Assembly: GCF_003334385.1 (NCBI RefSeq)
Contig: NZ_QOWN01000026.1
Reading direction: 5' to 3' (one strand)
Length of the DNA: 64,000 bases
Source: Escherichia coli
GTDB taxonomy: Bacteria; Pseudomonadota; Gammaproteobacteria; Enterobacterales; Enterobacteriaceae
The translations under genes were made by a program, and so were the position numbers. Shown one piece after another: positions 35,846 through 46,832 of this stretch. The notes beneath the pieces were generated by a model that was not told the origin of the DNA, ran no database searches, and saw only the letters and a program-made list of their open reading frames with translations. Each line of letters opens with the position of its first letter. The stretch's first letter is position 1.

Positions 35846-37114
35846 ATGTATGATTTTGTGATTATTGGCGGCGGCATCATCGGCATGTCGACCGCCATGC
35901 AACTGATTGATGTCTATCCGGACGCCCGCATTGCGTTGCTGGAAAAAGAGTCCGGCCCGGCCTGTCACCAGACGGGCCACAACAGCGGCGTGATCCATGC
36001 CGGGGTCTATTACACGCCCGGCAGCCTGAAGGCGCAGTTTTGCCTGGCGGGAAACCGCGCCACCAAAGCCTTTTGCGATCAAAACGGCATTCGCTACGAC
36101 AACTGCGGCAAGATGCTGGTTGCCACGTCCGATCTCGAAATGGAACGGATGCGCGCCTTATGGGAACGCACAGCGGCGAACGGTATCGAGCGCGAATGGC
36201 TTAACGCCGACGAACTGCGCGAGCGCGAACCGAATATCACCGGGCTCGGCGGCATTTTTGTGCCGTCCAGCGGCATTGTCAGCTACCGCGACGTGACGGC
36301 GGCGATGGCAAAAATCTTCCAGTCCAGAGGCGGTGAAATTATCTATAACGCCGAAGTCAGCGGGCTTAATGAGCATAAAAACGGCGTGGTGATACGTACC
36401 CGTCAGGGCGGCGAATATGAAGCATCAACGCTGATTAGCTGTTCCGGGCTGATGGCTGACCGGCTGGTGAAAATGCTCGGACTCGAACCGGGCTTTATCA
36501 TCTGCCCGTTCCGTGGCGAGTATTTCCGCCTTGCGCCGGAGCATAACCAGATTGTTAACCACCTGATTTACCCCATTCCCGACCCGGCAATGCCGTTTTT
36601 GGGCGTTCATCTCACCCGCATGATCGACGGCAGCGTGACCGTCGGGCCAAACGCGGTGCTGGCTTTCAAACGCGAAGGCTATCGCAAGCGCGACTTCTCA
36701 TTTAGCGACACGCTGGAGATTTTGGGCTCGTCGGGGATTCGCCGGGTGCTGCAAAACCATCTACGCTCAGGACTGGGCGAGATGAAAAACTCGCTGTGCA
36801 AAAGCGGCTATCTGCGGCTGGTGCAAAAGTATTGTCCCCGGCTTTCGTTAAGCGATCTCCAGCCCTGGCCCGCCGGTGTGCGGGCGCAGGCGGTATCGCC
36901 GGACGGCAAGCTGATTGACGATTTTCTGTTTGTCACCACCCCGCGCACGATCCACACCTGCAATGCGCCCTCCCCGGCAGCGACATCAGCAATTCCTATT
37001 GGTGCGCATATTGTCAGCAAGGTACAAACGCTGTTGGCAAGCCAGAGTAACCCCGGACGCACGCTGCGAGCGGCACGTAGTGTGGATGCCTTACACGCCG
37101 CATTTAATCAATAA
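35846..37114 (+). CDS. lhgO: L-2-hydroxyglutarate oxidase/dehydrogenase LhgO (YgaF)
   Basis: FAD-binding N-terminus MYDFVIIGGGIIGMSTA; start taken 22 codons inside the track ORF (422 aa). Confidence 0.9.
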   Translation: MYDFVIIGGGIIGMSTAMQLIDVYPDARIALLEKESGPACHQTGHNSGVIHAGVYYTPGSLKAQFCLAGNRATKAFCDQNGIRYDNCGKMLVATSDLEMERMRALWERTAANGIEREWLNADELREREPNITGLGGIFVPSSGIVSYRDVTAAMAKIFQSRGGEIIYNAEVSGLNEHKNGVVIRTRQGGEYEASTLISCSGLMADRLVKMLGLEPGFIICPFRGEYFRLAPEHNQIVNHLIYPIPDPAMPFLGVHLTRMIDGSVTVGPNAVLAFKREGYRKRDFSFSDTLEILGSSGIRRVLQNHLRSGLGEMKNSLCKSGYLRLVQKYCPRLSLSDLQPWPAGVRAQAVSPDGKLIDDFLFVTTPRTIHTCNAPSPAATSAIPIGAHIVSKVQTLLASQSNPGRTLRAARSVDALHAAFNQ

Positions 37115-37136
37115 CCTTTGAAAACAGGATGTAGCG

Positions 37137-38585
37137 ATGAAACTTAACGACAGTAACTTATTCCGCCAGCAGGCGTTGATTAACGGGGAATGGCTGGACG
37201 CCAACAATGGTGAAGCCATCGACGTCACCAATCCGGCGAACGGCGACAAGCTGGGTAGCGTGCCGAAAATGGGCGCGGATGAAACCCGCGCCGCTATCGA
37301 CGCCGCCAACCGCGCCCTGCCCGCCTGGCGCGCGCTCACCGCCAAAGAACGCGCCACCATTCTGCGCAACTGGTTCAATTTGATGATGGAGCATCAGGAC
37401 GATTTAGCGCGCCTGATGACCCTCGAACAGGGTAAACCACTGGCCGAAGCGAAAGGCGAAATCAGCTACGCCGCCTCCTTTATTGAGTGGTTTGCCGAAG
37501 AAGGCAAACGCATTTATGGCGACACCATTCCTGGTCATCAGGCCGATAAACGCCTGATTGTTATCAAGCAGCCGATTGGCGTCACCGCGGCTATCACGCC
37601 GTGGAACTTCCCGGCGGCGATGATTACCCGCAAAGCCGGTCCGGCGCTGGCAGCAGGCTGCACCATGGTGCTGAAGCCCGCCAGTCAGACGCCGTTCTCT
37701 GCGCTGGCGCTGGCGGAGCTGGCGATCCGCGCGGGCGTTCCGGCTGGGGTATTTAACGTGGTCACCGGTTCGGCGGGCGCGGTCGGTAACGAACTGACCA
37801 GTAACCCGCTGGTGCGCAAACTGTCGTTTACCGGTTCGACCGAAATTGGCCGCCAGTTAATGGAACAGTGCGCGAAAGACATCAAGAAAGTGTCGCTGGA
37901 GCTGGGCGGTAACGCGCCGTTTATCGTCTTTGACGATGCCGACCTCGACAAAGCCGTGGAAGGCGCGCTGGCCTCGAAATTCCGCAACGCCGGGCAAACC
38001 TGCGTCTGCGCCAACCGCCTGTATGTGCAGGACGGCGTGTATGACCGTTTTGCCGAAAAATTGCAGCAGGCAGTGAGCAAACTGCACATCGGCGACGGGC
38101 TGGATAACGGCGTCACCATCGGGCCGCTGATCGATGAAAAAGCGGTAGCAAAAGTGGAAGAGCATATTGCCGATGCGCTGGAGAAAGGCGCGCGCGTGGT
38201 TTGCGGCGGTAAAGCGCACGAACGCGGCGGCAACTTCTTCCAGCCGACCATTCTGGTGGACGTTCCGGCCAACGCCAAAGTGTCGAAAGAAGAGACGTTC
38301 GGCCCCCTCGCCCCGCTGTTCCGCTTTAAAGATGAAGCTGATGTGATTGCGCAAGCCAATGACACCGAGTTTGGCCTTGCCGCCTATTTCTACGCCCGTG
38401 ATTTAAGCCGCGTCTTCCGCGTGGGCGAAGCGCTGGAGTACGGCATCGTCGGCATCAATACCGGCATTATTTCCAATGAAGTGGCCCCGTTCGGCGGCAT
38501 CAAAGCCTCGGGTCTGGGTCGTGAAGGTTCGAAGTATGGCATCGAAGATTACTTAGAAATCAAATATATGTGCATCGGTCTTTAA
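37137..38585 (+). CDS. gabD: Succinate-semialdehyde dehydrogenase (NADP+) GabD
   Basis: 482-aa aldehyde dehydrogenase family ORF (ELGGNAP, catalytic Cys region). Confidence 0.95.
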   Translation: MKLNDSNLFRQQALINGEWLDANNGEAIDVTNPANGDKLGSVPKMGADETRAAIDAANRALPAWRALTAKERATILRNWFNLMMEHQDDLARLMTLEQGKPLAEAKGEISYAASFIEWFAEEGKRIYGDTIPGHQADKRLIVIKQPIGVTAAITPWNFPAAMITRKAGPALAAGCTMVLKPASQTPFSALALAELAIRAGVPAGVFNVVTGSAGAVGNELTSNPLVRKLSFTGSTEIGRQLMEQCAKDIKKVSLELGGNAPFIVFDDADLDKAVEGALASKFRNAGQTCVCANRLYVQDGVYDRFAEKLQQAVSKLHIGDGLDNGVTIGPLIDEKAVAKVEEHIADALEKGARVVCGGKAHERGGNFFQPTILVDVPANAKVSKEETFGPLAPLFRFKDEADVIAQANDTEFGLAAYFYARDLSRVFRVGEALEYGIVGINTGIISNEVAPFGGIKASGLGREGSKYGIEDYLEIKYMCIGL

Positions 38586-38598
38586 CTGGAGAATGCGA

Positions 38599-39879
38599 AT
38601 GAACAGCAATAAAGAGTTAATGCAGCGCCGCAGTCAGGCGATTCCCCGTGGCGTTGGGCAAATTCACCCGATTTTCGCTGACCGCGCGGAAAACTGCCGG
38701 GTGTGGGACGTTGAAGGCCGTGAGTATCTTGATTTCGCGGGCGGGATTGCGGTGCTCAATACCGGGCACCTGCATCCGAAGGTGGTGGCCGCGGTGGAAG
38801 CGCAGTTGAAAAAACTGTCGCACACCTGCTTCCAGGTGCTGGCTTACGAGCCGTATCTGGAGCTGTGCGAGATTATGAATCAGAAGGTGCCGGGCGATTT
38901 CGCCAAGAAAACGCTGCTGGTTACGACCGGTTCCGAAGCGGTGGAAAACGCGGTAAAAATCGCCCGCGCCGCCACCAAACGTAGCGGCACCATCGCTTTT
39001 AGCGGCGCGTATCACGGGCGCACGCATTACACGCTGGCGCTGACCGGCAAGGTGAATCCGTACTCTGCGGGCATGGGGCTGATGCCGGGTCATGTTTATC
39101 GCGCGCTTTATCCTTGCCCGCTGCACGGCATAAGCGAGGATGACGCTATCGCCAGCATCCACCGGATCTTCAAAAATGATGCCGCGCCGGAAGATATCGC
39201 CGCCATCGTGATTGAGCCGGTTCAGGGCGAAGGCGGTTTCTACGCCTCGTCGCCAGCCTTTATGCAGCGTTTACGCGCTCTGTGTGACGAGCACGGGATC
39301 ATGCTGATTGCCGATGAAGTGCAGAGCGGCGCGGGGCGTACCGGCACGCTGTTTGCGATGGAGCAGATGGGCGTTGCGCCGGATCTTACCACCTTTGCGA
39401 AATCGATCGCGGGCGGCTTCCCGCTGGCGGGCGTCACCGGGCGCGCGGAAGTAATGGATGCCGTCGCTCCAGGCGGTCTGGGCGGCACCTATGCGGGTAA
39501 CCCGATTGCCTGCGTGGCTGCGCTGGAAGTGTTGAAGGTGTTTGAGCAGGAAAATCTGCTGCAAAAAGCCAACGATCTGGGGCAGAAGTTGAAAGACGGA
39601 TTGCTGGCGATAGCCGAAAAACACCCGGAGATCGGCGACGTACGCGGGCTGGGGGCGATGATCGCCATTGAGCTGTTTGAAGACGGCGATCACAACAAGC
39701 CGGACGCCAAACTCACCGCCGAGATCGTGGCTCGCGCCCGCGATAAAGGCCTGATTCTTCTCTCCTGCGGCCCGTATTACAACGTGCTGCGCATCCTTGT
39801 ACCGCTCACCATTGAAGACGCTCAGATCCGTCAGGGTCTGGAGATCATCAGCCAGTGTTTTGATGAGGCGAAGCAGTAG
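38599..39879 (+). CDS. gabT: 4-aminobutyrate aminotransferase GabT
   Basis: 426-aa class-III PLP aminotransferase from MNSNKELMQRRSQAIPRGV. Confidence 0.95.
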   Translation: MNSNKELMQRRSQAIPRGVGQIHPIFADRAENCRVWDVEGREYLDFAGGIAVLNTGHLHPKVVAAVEAQLKKLSHTCFQVLAYEPYLELCEIMNQKVPGDFAKKTLLVTTGSEAVENAVKIARAATKRSGTIAFSGAYHGRTHYTLALTGKVNPYSAGMGLMPGHVYRALYPCPLHGISEDDAIASIHRIFKNDAAPEDIAAIVIEPVQGEGGFYASSPAFMQRLRALCDEHGIMLIADEVQSGAGRTGTLFAMEQMGVAPDLTTFAKSIAGGFPLAGVTGRAEVMDAVAPGGLGGTYAGNPIACVAALEVLKVFEQENLLQKANDLGQKLKDGLLAIAEKHPEIGDVRGLGAMIAIELFEDGDHNKPDAKLTAEIVARARDKGLILLSCGPYYNVLRILVPLTIEDAQIRQGLEIISQCFDEAKQ

Positions 39880-39889
39880 CGCCGCTCCT

Positions 39890-39968
39890 ATGCCGGAGGC
39901 GACGCTGCGCGTCTTGTCCGGCCTACGGGGATCCAGGTCGGATAAGGCGTTTACGCCGCATCCGACAA
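39890..39968. repeat. REP/BIME elements between gabT and gabP
   Basis: Two REP-like palindromic units (TGCCGGAGGCGACGCTGCGCGTCTTGTCCGGCCTAC and GGATAAGGCGTTTACGCCGCATCCGACA). Confidence 0.8.
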
Positions 39969-40116
39969 TCTGTACGTGAACAGGAAGAAATCTATGTTGG
40001 CCGGGTAAGGCGGAGCCGCTCTCCGGCAAAAAGAATCAATAACAATTATACGCGTGACCCGGCGCGGGAAATGTCGGGGCGCTCTCCCAAGTGACACACT
40101 TTCGAGAGGATTCAGG

Positions 40117-41517
40117 ATGGGGCAATCATCGCAACCACATGAGTTAGGCGGCGGGCTGAAGTCACGCCACGTCACCATGTTGTCTATTGCCGGTGTTATC
40201 GGCGCAAGTCTGTTTGTCGGTTCCAGCGTCGCCATCGCCGAAGCGGGCCCGGCGGTATTACTGGCCTATCTGTTCGCCGGGCTACTGGTGGTTATGATTA
40301 TGCGGATGTTGGCGGAAATGGCGGTTGCCACGCCCGATACCGGTTCGTTTTCCACCTATGCCGATAAAGCCATTGGTCGCTGGGCGGGCTATACCATCGG
40401 CTGGTTGTACTGGTGGTTTTGGGTACTGGTTATCCCGCTGGAAGCCAACATCGCCGCCATGATCCTGCACTCATGGGTTCCAGGCATTCCCATCTGGTTA
40501 TTTTCCCTCGTCATTACCCTCGCCTTAACTGGCAGTAACTTATTAAGCGTTAAAAACTACGGCGAATTTGAGTTCTGGCTGGCGCTGTGCAAAGTCATCG
40601 CTATCCTGGCCTTTATTTTCCTTGGTGCAGTCGCAATTAGCGGTTTTTACCCGTATGCCGAAGTGAGCGGGATCTCAAGATTGTGGGATAGCGGCGGCTT
40701 TATGCCCAACGGTTTCGGTGCGGTATTAAGCGCGATGTTGATCACCATGTTCTCGTTTATGGGCGCAGAAATTGTCACCATTGCCGCCGCGGAATCCGAC
40801 ACGCCGGAAAAACATATTGTCCGCGCCACCAACTCGGTTATCTGGCGTATTTCTATCTTCTATTTATGTTCTATTTTTGTCGTCGTGGCATTAATTCCGT
40901 GGAATATGCCCGGACTAAAAGCCGTCGGTTCTTATCGCTCGGTACTGGAATTGCTCAATATTCCCCATGCGAAATTAATCATGGACTGCGTGATATTACT
41001 TTCCGTAACCAGTTGCCTGAACTCGGCGCTGTATACCGCGTCAAGGATGCTCTACTCCTTAAGTCGTCGCGGTGATGCTCCCGCGGTAATGGGTAAAATC
41101 AACCGCAGTAAAACCCCGTACGTGGCGGTGTTACTCTCCACCGGCGCGGCATTCTTAACGGTGGTGGTGAACTATTACGCGCCTGCGAAGGTATTTAAAT
41201 TTCTGATCGACAGCTCCGGCGCTATCGCCCTGCTGGTTTATTTAGTCATCGCCGTTTCACAGTTGCGGATGCGCAAAATTCTGCGAGCAGAAGGAAGCGA
41301 AATTCGCTTGCGAATGTGGCTTTATCCGTGGCTCACCTGGCTAGTCATCGGCTTTATTACCTTTGTGTTGGTAGTGATGCTATTCCGTCCGGCGCAACAG
41401 TTAGAAGTGATCTCCACCGGCTTATTAGCGATAGGGATTATCTGTACCGTGCCAATTATGGCTCGCTGGAAAAAGCTGGTATTGTGGCAAAAAACACCCG
41501 TTCATAATACGCGCTGA
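40117..41517 (+). CDS. gabP: GABA permease GabP (APC family)
   Basis: Start taken at MGQSSQPHELGGGLKSRHVTM (466 aa); the track ORF has a 21-codon upstream extension. Confidence 0.93.
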   Translation: MGQSSQPHELGGGLKSRHVTMLSIAGVIGASLFVGSSVAIAEAGPAVLLAYLFAGLLVVMIMRMLAEMAVATPDTGSFSTYADKAIGRWAGYTIGWLYWWFWVLVIPLEANIAAMILHSWVPGIPIWLFSLVITLALTGSNLLSVKNYGEFEFWLALCKVIAILAFIFLGAVAISGFYPYAEVSGISRLWDSGGFMPNGFGAVLSAMLITMFSFMGAEIVTIAAAESDTPEKHIVRATNSVIWRISIFYLCSIFVVVALIPWNMPGLKAVGSYRSVLELLNIPHAKLIMDCVILLSVTSCLNSALYTASRMLYSLSRRGDAPAVMGKINRSKTPYVAVLLSTGAAFLTVVVNYYAPAKVFKFLIDSSGAIALLVYLVIAVSQLRMRKILRAEGSEIRLRMWLYPWLTWLVIGFITFVLVVMLFRPAQQLEVISTGLLAIGIICTVPIMARWKKLVLWQKTPVHNTR

Positions 41518-41537
41518 TCATGATCAGGAGTCACACC

Positions 41538-42200
41538 ATGACCATTACGTCTCTGGATGGCTATCGCTGGCTGAAGAACGATATTATTCGCGGTAATTTT
41601 CAACCGGATGAAAAATTACGAATGAGTTTGCTGACATCGCGTTATGCACTTGGCGTTGGGCCGTTACGGGAAGCTCTTTCGCAACTGGTGGCGGAACGGC
41701 TGGTCACGGTGGTGAATCAAAAAGGGTATCGGGTGGCGTCTATGTCAGAGCAGGAGCTGCTCGATATTTTCGACGCCCGCGCCAATATGGAAGCGATGTT
41801 AGTGAGTCTGGCGATTGCCCGCGGTGGCGATGAGTGGGAGGCAGACGTTCTCGCAAAAGCGCATCTGCTGAGTAAGCTTGAGGCCTGTGACGCCAGCGAG
41901 AAAATGCTTGATGAGTGGGATCTGCGTCATCAGGCGTTTCATACGGCAATTGTGGCGGGCTGTGGTTCTCACTATTTGCTGCAAATGCGTGAACGGTTGT
42001 TTGATCTGGCGGCGCGTTATCGATTTATCTGGCTGCGGCGAACGGTGCTTTCGGTGGAAATGCTGGAGGATAAACACGATCAGCACCAGACCCTGACTGC
42101 GGCGGTACTGGCGCGAGATACCGCGCGCGCCAGTGAGTTAATGCGCCAGCATTTACTGACGCCAATTCCCATTATCCAGCAGGCGATGGCTGGCAATTAA
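41538..42200 (+). CDS. csiR: GntR-family repressor CsiR (YgaE/GabC)
   Basis: 220-aa ORF from MTITSLDGYRWLKNDIIRGNF with N-terminal HTH and FCD domain. Confidence 0.88.
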   Translation: MTITSLDGYRWLKNDIIRGNFQPDEKLRMSLLTSRYALGVGPLREALSQLVAERLVTVVNQKGYRVASMSEQELLDIFDARANMEAMLVSLAIARGGDEWEADVLAKAHLLSKLEACDASEKMLDEWDLRHQAFHTAIVAGCGSHYLLQMRERLFDLAARYRFIWLRRTVLSVEMLEDKHDQHQTLTAAVLARDTARASELMRQHLLTPIPIIQQAMAGN

Positions 42201-42650
42201 CTACTCTTCCGGAATACGCAACACTTGCCCCGGATAAATTTTATCCGGGCTTTTTAGCATCGGTTTATTCGCTTCGAAGATTTTATTGTACAGATTAGCG
42301 TTACCGTAGACCTGTTTGGAAATGGCACTCAGAGTGTCGCCAGACTTAACGGTATAAAACTGGCTGGCAGTGGCTGGTGTCGCCGTTTTCACCTGATCAT
42401 CGACACTGGCAATACCGGAAATATTCCCCACCGCAACAAGGATTTTCTCCTTCGCCTCCTGACTCAGGCCGTCACCAGTGACCGTCGCTTTGCCGTCGGC
42501 AATTTGAATATTCACTTTATCGGCATCCGGTATACCGGTTTTGTTCAGATGCTCCTGCACCTTCTTCGCCTGATCGTCTTTATCGTGCTGACCTGTAACC
42601 GCGTCCCAGAGTTTTTCTCCGGCATCTTTCACAAAATTGAACAGACCCAT
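42201..42650 (-). CDS. ygaU: Potassium-binding protein Kbp (YgaU), BON + LysM domains
   Basis: 149-aa ORF from [17 protein letters not shown]-terminal LysM ([18 protein letters not shown]). Confidence 0.9.
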
Positions 42651-42733
42651 AGCTACCTCATTCGTTAACGGAAACACTCAGAAAGTGTAGCAGAGGAACG
42701 CGGCGCGTTAACGCCGCGGGGATGAGCACAGGT

Positions 42734-42892
42734 TTAATCGCGGGTTTGCACCCAGAACGCGTGAATCAAACCGGGGATATACCCAAGCAGTGTCAACAGA
42801 ATATTAATAATGAACGCCCAACCGAACCCTTTACCGAGCAGCACGCCGAGCGGCGGCAGAATGATGGTGATGACGATTCTCCAGAAACCCAT
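42734..42892 (-). CDS. yqaE: Small membrane protein YqaE (UPF0057/Pmp3 family)
   Basis: 52-codon minus-strand ORF MGFWRIVITIILPPLGVLLGKGFGWAFIINILLTLLGYIPGLIHAFWVQTRD, hand-translated; not in the ORF track. Confidence 0.85.
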   Translation of the reverse strand: MGFWRIVITIILPPLGVLLGKGFGWAFIINILLTLLGYIPGLIHAFWVQTRD

Positions 42893-43074
42893 ATGTACTC
42901 CCTATAAGAAAATTACTCATTGTTTAAAAAGAGATTTTATCTCTTAAGCGTAGTAATTTTAGCGGAGCCTGCCAGTTTCAGCTTACGCTTTTACTCTCAT
43001 TTACGCTGCTGAGGCTGGTATATGTTGCATTTTTAGTTTAGAGTTTACTTAATTTAGAAAATACTTAAATAAAT

Positions 43075-43374
43075 ATGACTGAACTCGCGCAATTACAGGC
43101 CAGTGCCGAACAGGCAGCGGCCTTATTGAAAGCAATGAGCCACCCTAAACGATTGCTGATTCTGTGCATGCTTAGCGGTTCCCCCGGCACCAGCGCGGGA
43201 GAGCTGACGCGCATTACCGGACTGAGTGCCTCTGCGACATCACAGCATCTCGCTCGTATGCGGGACGAAGGGCTTATCGACAGCCAACGGGATGCCCAAC
43301 GCATTCTATATTCCATTAAAAATGAGGCGGTAAATGCCATTATCGCCACCCTGAAAAATGTCTATTGTCCGTAA
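43075..43374 (+). CDS. ygaV: ArsR-family transcriptional regulator YgaV
   Basis: 99-aa ORF with wHTH (LCMLSGSPGTSAGELTRITGLSASATSQHLARMRDEGLI). Confidence 0.9.
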   Translation: MTELAQLQASAEQAAALLKAMSHPKRLLILCMLSGSPGTSAGELTRITGLSASATSQHLARMRDEGLIDSQRDAQRILYSIKNEAVNAIIATLKNVYCP

Positions 43375-43383
43375 GGAGTCACT

Positions 43384-43908
43384 ATGGCTTTGACAACCAT
43401 TTCGCCGCATGATGCACAAGAATTAATCGCACGCGGCGCAAAGTTAATCGATATTCGTGATGCTGATGAATATCTTCGTGAACATATTCCTGAAGCAGAT
43501 CTGGCTCCATTATCCGTGCTGGAACAGTCAGGTCTTCCGGCTAAATTACGTCACGAGCAAATTATATTCCACTGCCAGGCAGGTAAACGCACCAGTAATA
43601 ATGCCGATAAATTAGCAGCGATTGCCGCCCCCGCAGAAATCTTTTTACTCGAAGATGGGATTGATGGCTGGAAAAAAGCAGGATTGCCAGTAGCGGTAAA
43701 TAAATCTCAACCCTTGCCGTTAATGCGCCAGGTGCAGATCGCTGCGGGTGGTTTAATATTAATCGGCGTTGTACTGGGTTATACCGTAAATAGCGGTTTC
43801 TTCTTATTAAGTGGCTTTGTTGGTGCCGGGTTACTGTTTGCAGGAATCAGCGGTTTTTGTGGAATGGCAAGGTTGTTAGATAAGATGCCGTGGAACCAAC
43901 GAGCTTGA
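43384..43908 (+). CDS. ygaP: Membrane-anchored rhodanese-domain sulfurtransferase YgaP
   Basis: 174-aa ORF with rhodanese active-site region (FHCQAGKR) and C-terminal TM helices. Confidence 0.9.
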
Positions 43909-43954
43909 GAAGCGACGCCGGACGCGCCCTAGCAGCGACATCCGGCCTCAGTAA

Positions 43955-44359
43955 TTAGATCAGGAAATCGTCGAGAGATTTACCTTCTGCCAGCGCCTGA
44001 GCAATTGGCTTCGGTGTACGGCCCTGACCGGTCCAGGTTTTAGTTTCACCGTTAACATCGGTGAATTTATATTTCGCCGGACGCGGCTGGCGTTTTTTAC
44101 CAGCGCGTGGTGCAGCAGCAGAGCTATTACCCAATAACTCTTCCGGGTTAATTCCGTCAGCTTTCATCAGCTCCAGCCAGGTGCTAATTTTTTCCTGGCG
44201 CTCTGCCAGTTCACGCTGCTGCTGTTCTTCTTCTTCACGTCTTTCTTTAGTGACAACCCTGAATTTTTCGAGCATTTCTTCAAGAACGTCAATGGAGAAT
44301 TCGCGAGCCATCGCACGGAGGGTGCGAATGTTATTTAAACTTTGTAACATTACGGACAT
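43955..44359 (-). CDS. stpA: H-NS paralogue StpA
   Basis: 134-aa [36 protein letters not shown]... ending [14 protein letters not shown]. Confidence 0.96.
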   Translation of the reverse strand: MSVMLQSLNNIRTLRAMAREFSIDVLEEMLEKFRVVTKERREEEEQQQRELAERQEKISTWLELMKADGINPEELLGNSSAAAPRAGKKRQPRPAKYKFTDVNGETKTWTGQGRTPKPIAQALAEGKSLDDFLI

Positions 44360-45027
44360 AATAAAGAAAACCTTTTAACGCCAAAACAAAAAAAGTATTT
44401 CGTCGCGTAGTGTAAGCGATCACTTATTATATTTCCACAAAATTTAATCTATTTACAGTCCTGCGCGAGATTATTTCAGCTGTTATTTTCTGAAACTCTC
44501 AGAATAATTTCAAGATTATATATTAGCCATTTTGATGAGTAATTTAGATTATTGGTGAACAGAGCGGCGCTCTCTGCTCGCTAATTCCGCAAGCCTGACA
44601 AAATCAAAGTGAATAAAAATGCAATATAACAGAATAAAAGAAAACATCCATCACTGGTGCTTTCTGCTGTTAATGTACATTGTCTGGCATAAAAAATGCT
44701 GAAAATGACCCAGCTACTACATACACCGAATTCTCTACGCTTATAGCGTTACCTCACCCCCAAACTTTCATTAGTGATATTAAAGGTAAGGCCATATCTA
44801 ATTGATTTAATTAAAAATAAATCATATCGGCATGTAAAAATCCACAATGTACAAAAAACGAGCCGTTACGGAATATTTTATCTACAAAAACTGACTAAAT
44901 AAAAATTTTTCACTAATTGATTAGTCATAGCCAGCGATATACGCTATGCGAAAATGCAGATGGCAATGAGATCCACTGCTTTCATCTCCATTAACATCCC
45001 ATTACGCTTTTATTAAGGAGCATTAGC

Positions 45028-45477
45028 ATGTTCTCACCGCAGTCACGCTTGCGTCATGCAGTTGCAGATACGTTCGCGATGGTTGTTTACTGTTCTGTCG
45101 TGAACATGTGTATTGAAGTTTTCCTCTCCGGAATGAGCTTCGAACAGTCTTTTTATTCCAGATTGGTAGCGATTCCGGTGAACATCTTAATTGCATGGCC
45201 ATACGGTATGTACCGTGATCTGTTTATGCGCGCGGCACGCAAAGTTAACCCGTCGGGCTGGATAAAAAATCTGGCGGATATCCTGGCTTATGTGACGTTC
45301 CAGTCACCGGTGTATGTGGCGATCTTGTTAGTGGTGGGCGCAGACTGGCATCAGATTATGGCGGCGGTCAGTTCAAACATCGTTGTTTCGATGTTGATGG
45401 GGGCGGTTTATGGCTACTTCCTCGATTATTGCCGCCGACTGTTTAAAGTCAGCCGTTACCAGCAGGTAAAAGCCTGA
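45028..45477 (+). CDS. alaE: L-alanine exporter AlaE (YgaW)
   Basis: 149-aa membrane ORF. Confidence 0.88.
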   Translation: MFSPQSRLRHAVADTFAMVVYCSVVNMCIEVFLSGMSFEQSFYSRLVAIPVNILIAWPYGMYRDLFMRAARKVNPSGWIKNLADILAYVTFQSPVYVAILLVVGADWHQIMAAVSSNIVVSMLMGAVYGYFLDYCRRLFKVSRYQQVKA

Positions 45478-45513
45478 CTCTTCTTTTCGCGACTGGCATC
45501 GCCAGTCGCGTCT

Positions 45514-45858
45514 TTAACTGGCTTCGCCAAATAAACCATTCAAATAACGTTCAAGCGCAACACGCGAACTAAAGCCATGCGGGATACCGTAATGCTCGTG
45601 TCGCTCGCCTGCTAAATAGAGCGGAAATTGCTGGTAATGATCGCAAGTTTTAATATCGGAAGCGGGTTCAGCCAGTGTCGAACTGCGTTCTTTTAATGTT
45701 GGATGAATTACCAGAGCGGTACGTCCCATTCGCGCTTCGCGATTAACATAGACATAATTTTCCCCACGGCGGTAACCATACGCTTTCTGGGTTACCACAT
45801 CGACAGTAAAACCGACTTTTTCAAGTACGCGCGCCACCTCGTCTGGTCGTAAATACAT
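45514..45858 (-). CDS. ygaC: Uncharacterized protein YgaC
   Basis: 114-aa ORF convergent with alaE. Confidence 0.85.
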
Positions 45859-46009
45859 ATTTGATCCTCGTTATTATCAACCGCGGGCCTACCTTACCTG
45901 ATTGCGCATTCACAACGCTTTCAGAAAAGTCCATAAAGCCGCGATGAACCTCAGTTAAGAAAATTATGGTCTACACTGAAAATTACATCGAATTCTAATG
46001 GGGGATCAT

Positions 46010-46339
46010 ATGTTTAACCGACCGAACCGCAACGACGTTGATGATGGCGTGCAGGATATCCAGAATGATGTCAATCAATTAGCTGACAGCCTCGAATCTG
46101 TATTGAAGTCCTGGGGCAGCGACGCCAAAGGGGAAGCTGAAGCCGCACGCAGTAAAGCTCAGGCATTGCTGAAAGAAACCAGGGCGCGAATGCATGGTCG
46201 TACTCGCGTCCAGCAAGCCGCGCGCGATGCCGTTGGCTGCGCGGATTCTTTTGTTCGTGAAAGACCCTGGTGTAGCGTGGGTACAGCAGCTGCGGTAGGT
46301 ATTTTTATCGGCGCACTGTTAAGCATGCGCAAATCGTAG
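46010..46339 (+). CDS. ygaM: ElaB/YqjD-family membrane-anchored protein YgaM
   Basis: Start taken at MFNRPNRNDVDD; C-terminal TM anchor AAAVGIFIGALL; the track start 45998 is 4 codons upstream. Confidence 0.85.
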   Translation: MFNRPNRNDVDDGVQDIQNDVNQLADSLESVLKSWGSDAKGEAEAARSKAQALLKETRARMHGRTRVQQAARDAVGCADSFVRERPWCSVGTAAAVGIFIGALLSMRKS

Positions 46340-46368
46340 TGCAAAAATGATAATAAATACGCGTCTTT

Positions 46369-46400
46369 GACCCCGAAGCCTGTCTTCGGGGTTTCTTTTT
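46369..46400 (+). terminator. Rho-independent terminator after ygaM
   Basis: Hairpin GACCCCGAAGCCTGTCTTCGGGGTT followed by TCTTTTT. Confidence 0.75.
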
Positions 46401-46586
46401 GCCTGGTGAATCACAAAAATCCCCCTACCCCGTCACGCTCATATCCAGGGTAATTTCGACCACTATTTGCTATATATTGTGTGGTTGAATCTTTTTTCAA
46501 CTACATCTAGTATCTCTGTATCAACAGAGAGACAACCCGACGCGTATCATCGCGCCGTATCTTCATTTTAAACGGAAATACGAATC

Positions 46587-46832
46587 ATGCGCATTACTAT
46601 TTACACTCGTAACGATTGCGTTCAGTGCCACGCCACCAAACGGGCGATGGAAAACCGGGGCTTTGATTTTGAAATGATTAATGTCGATCGCGTTCCTGAA
46701 GCGGCAGAAGCGTTGCGTGCTCAGGGCTTTCGTCAGTTGCCGGTAGTGATTGCTGGCGATCTTAGCTGGTCTGGTTTCCGTCCGGACATGATTAACCGTC
46801 TGCATCCAGCGCCACACGCGGCCAGTGCATGA
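46587..46832 (+). CDS. nrdH: Glutaredoxin-like protein NrdH
   Basis: 81-aa ORF with CVQC redox motif. Confidence 0.95.

Noticed and set aside
37158-40029. Long minus-strand ORFs of 165-252 aa (37685-38365, 37857-38354, 38617-39162, 39271-40029)
   Set aside because: Antisense to gabD and gabT; GC-rich coding DNA frequently yields long antisense ORFs, and the products are low-complexity Ala/Arg/Pro-rich.
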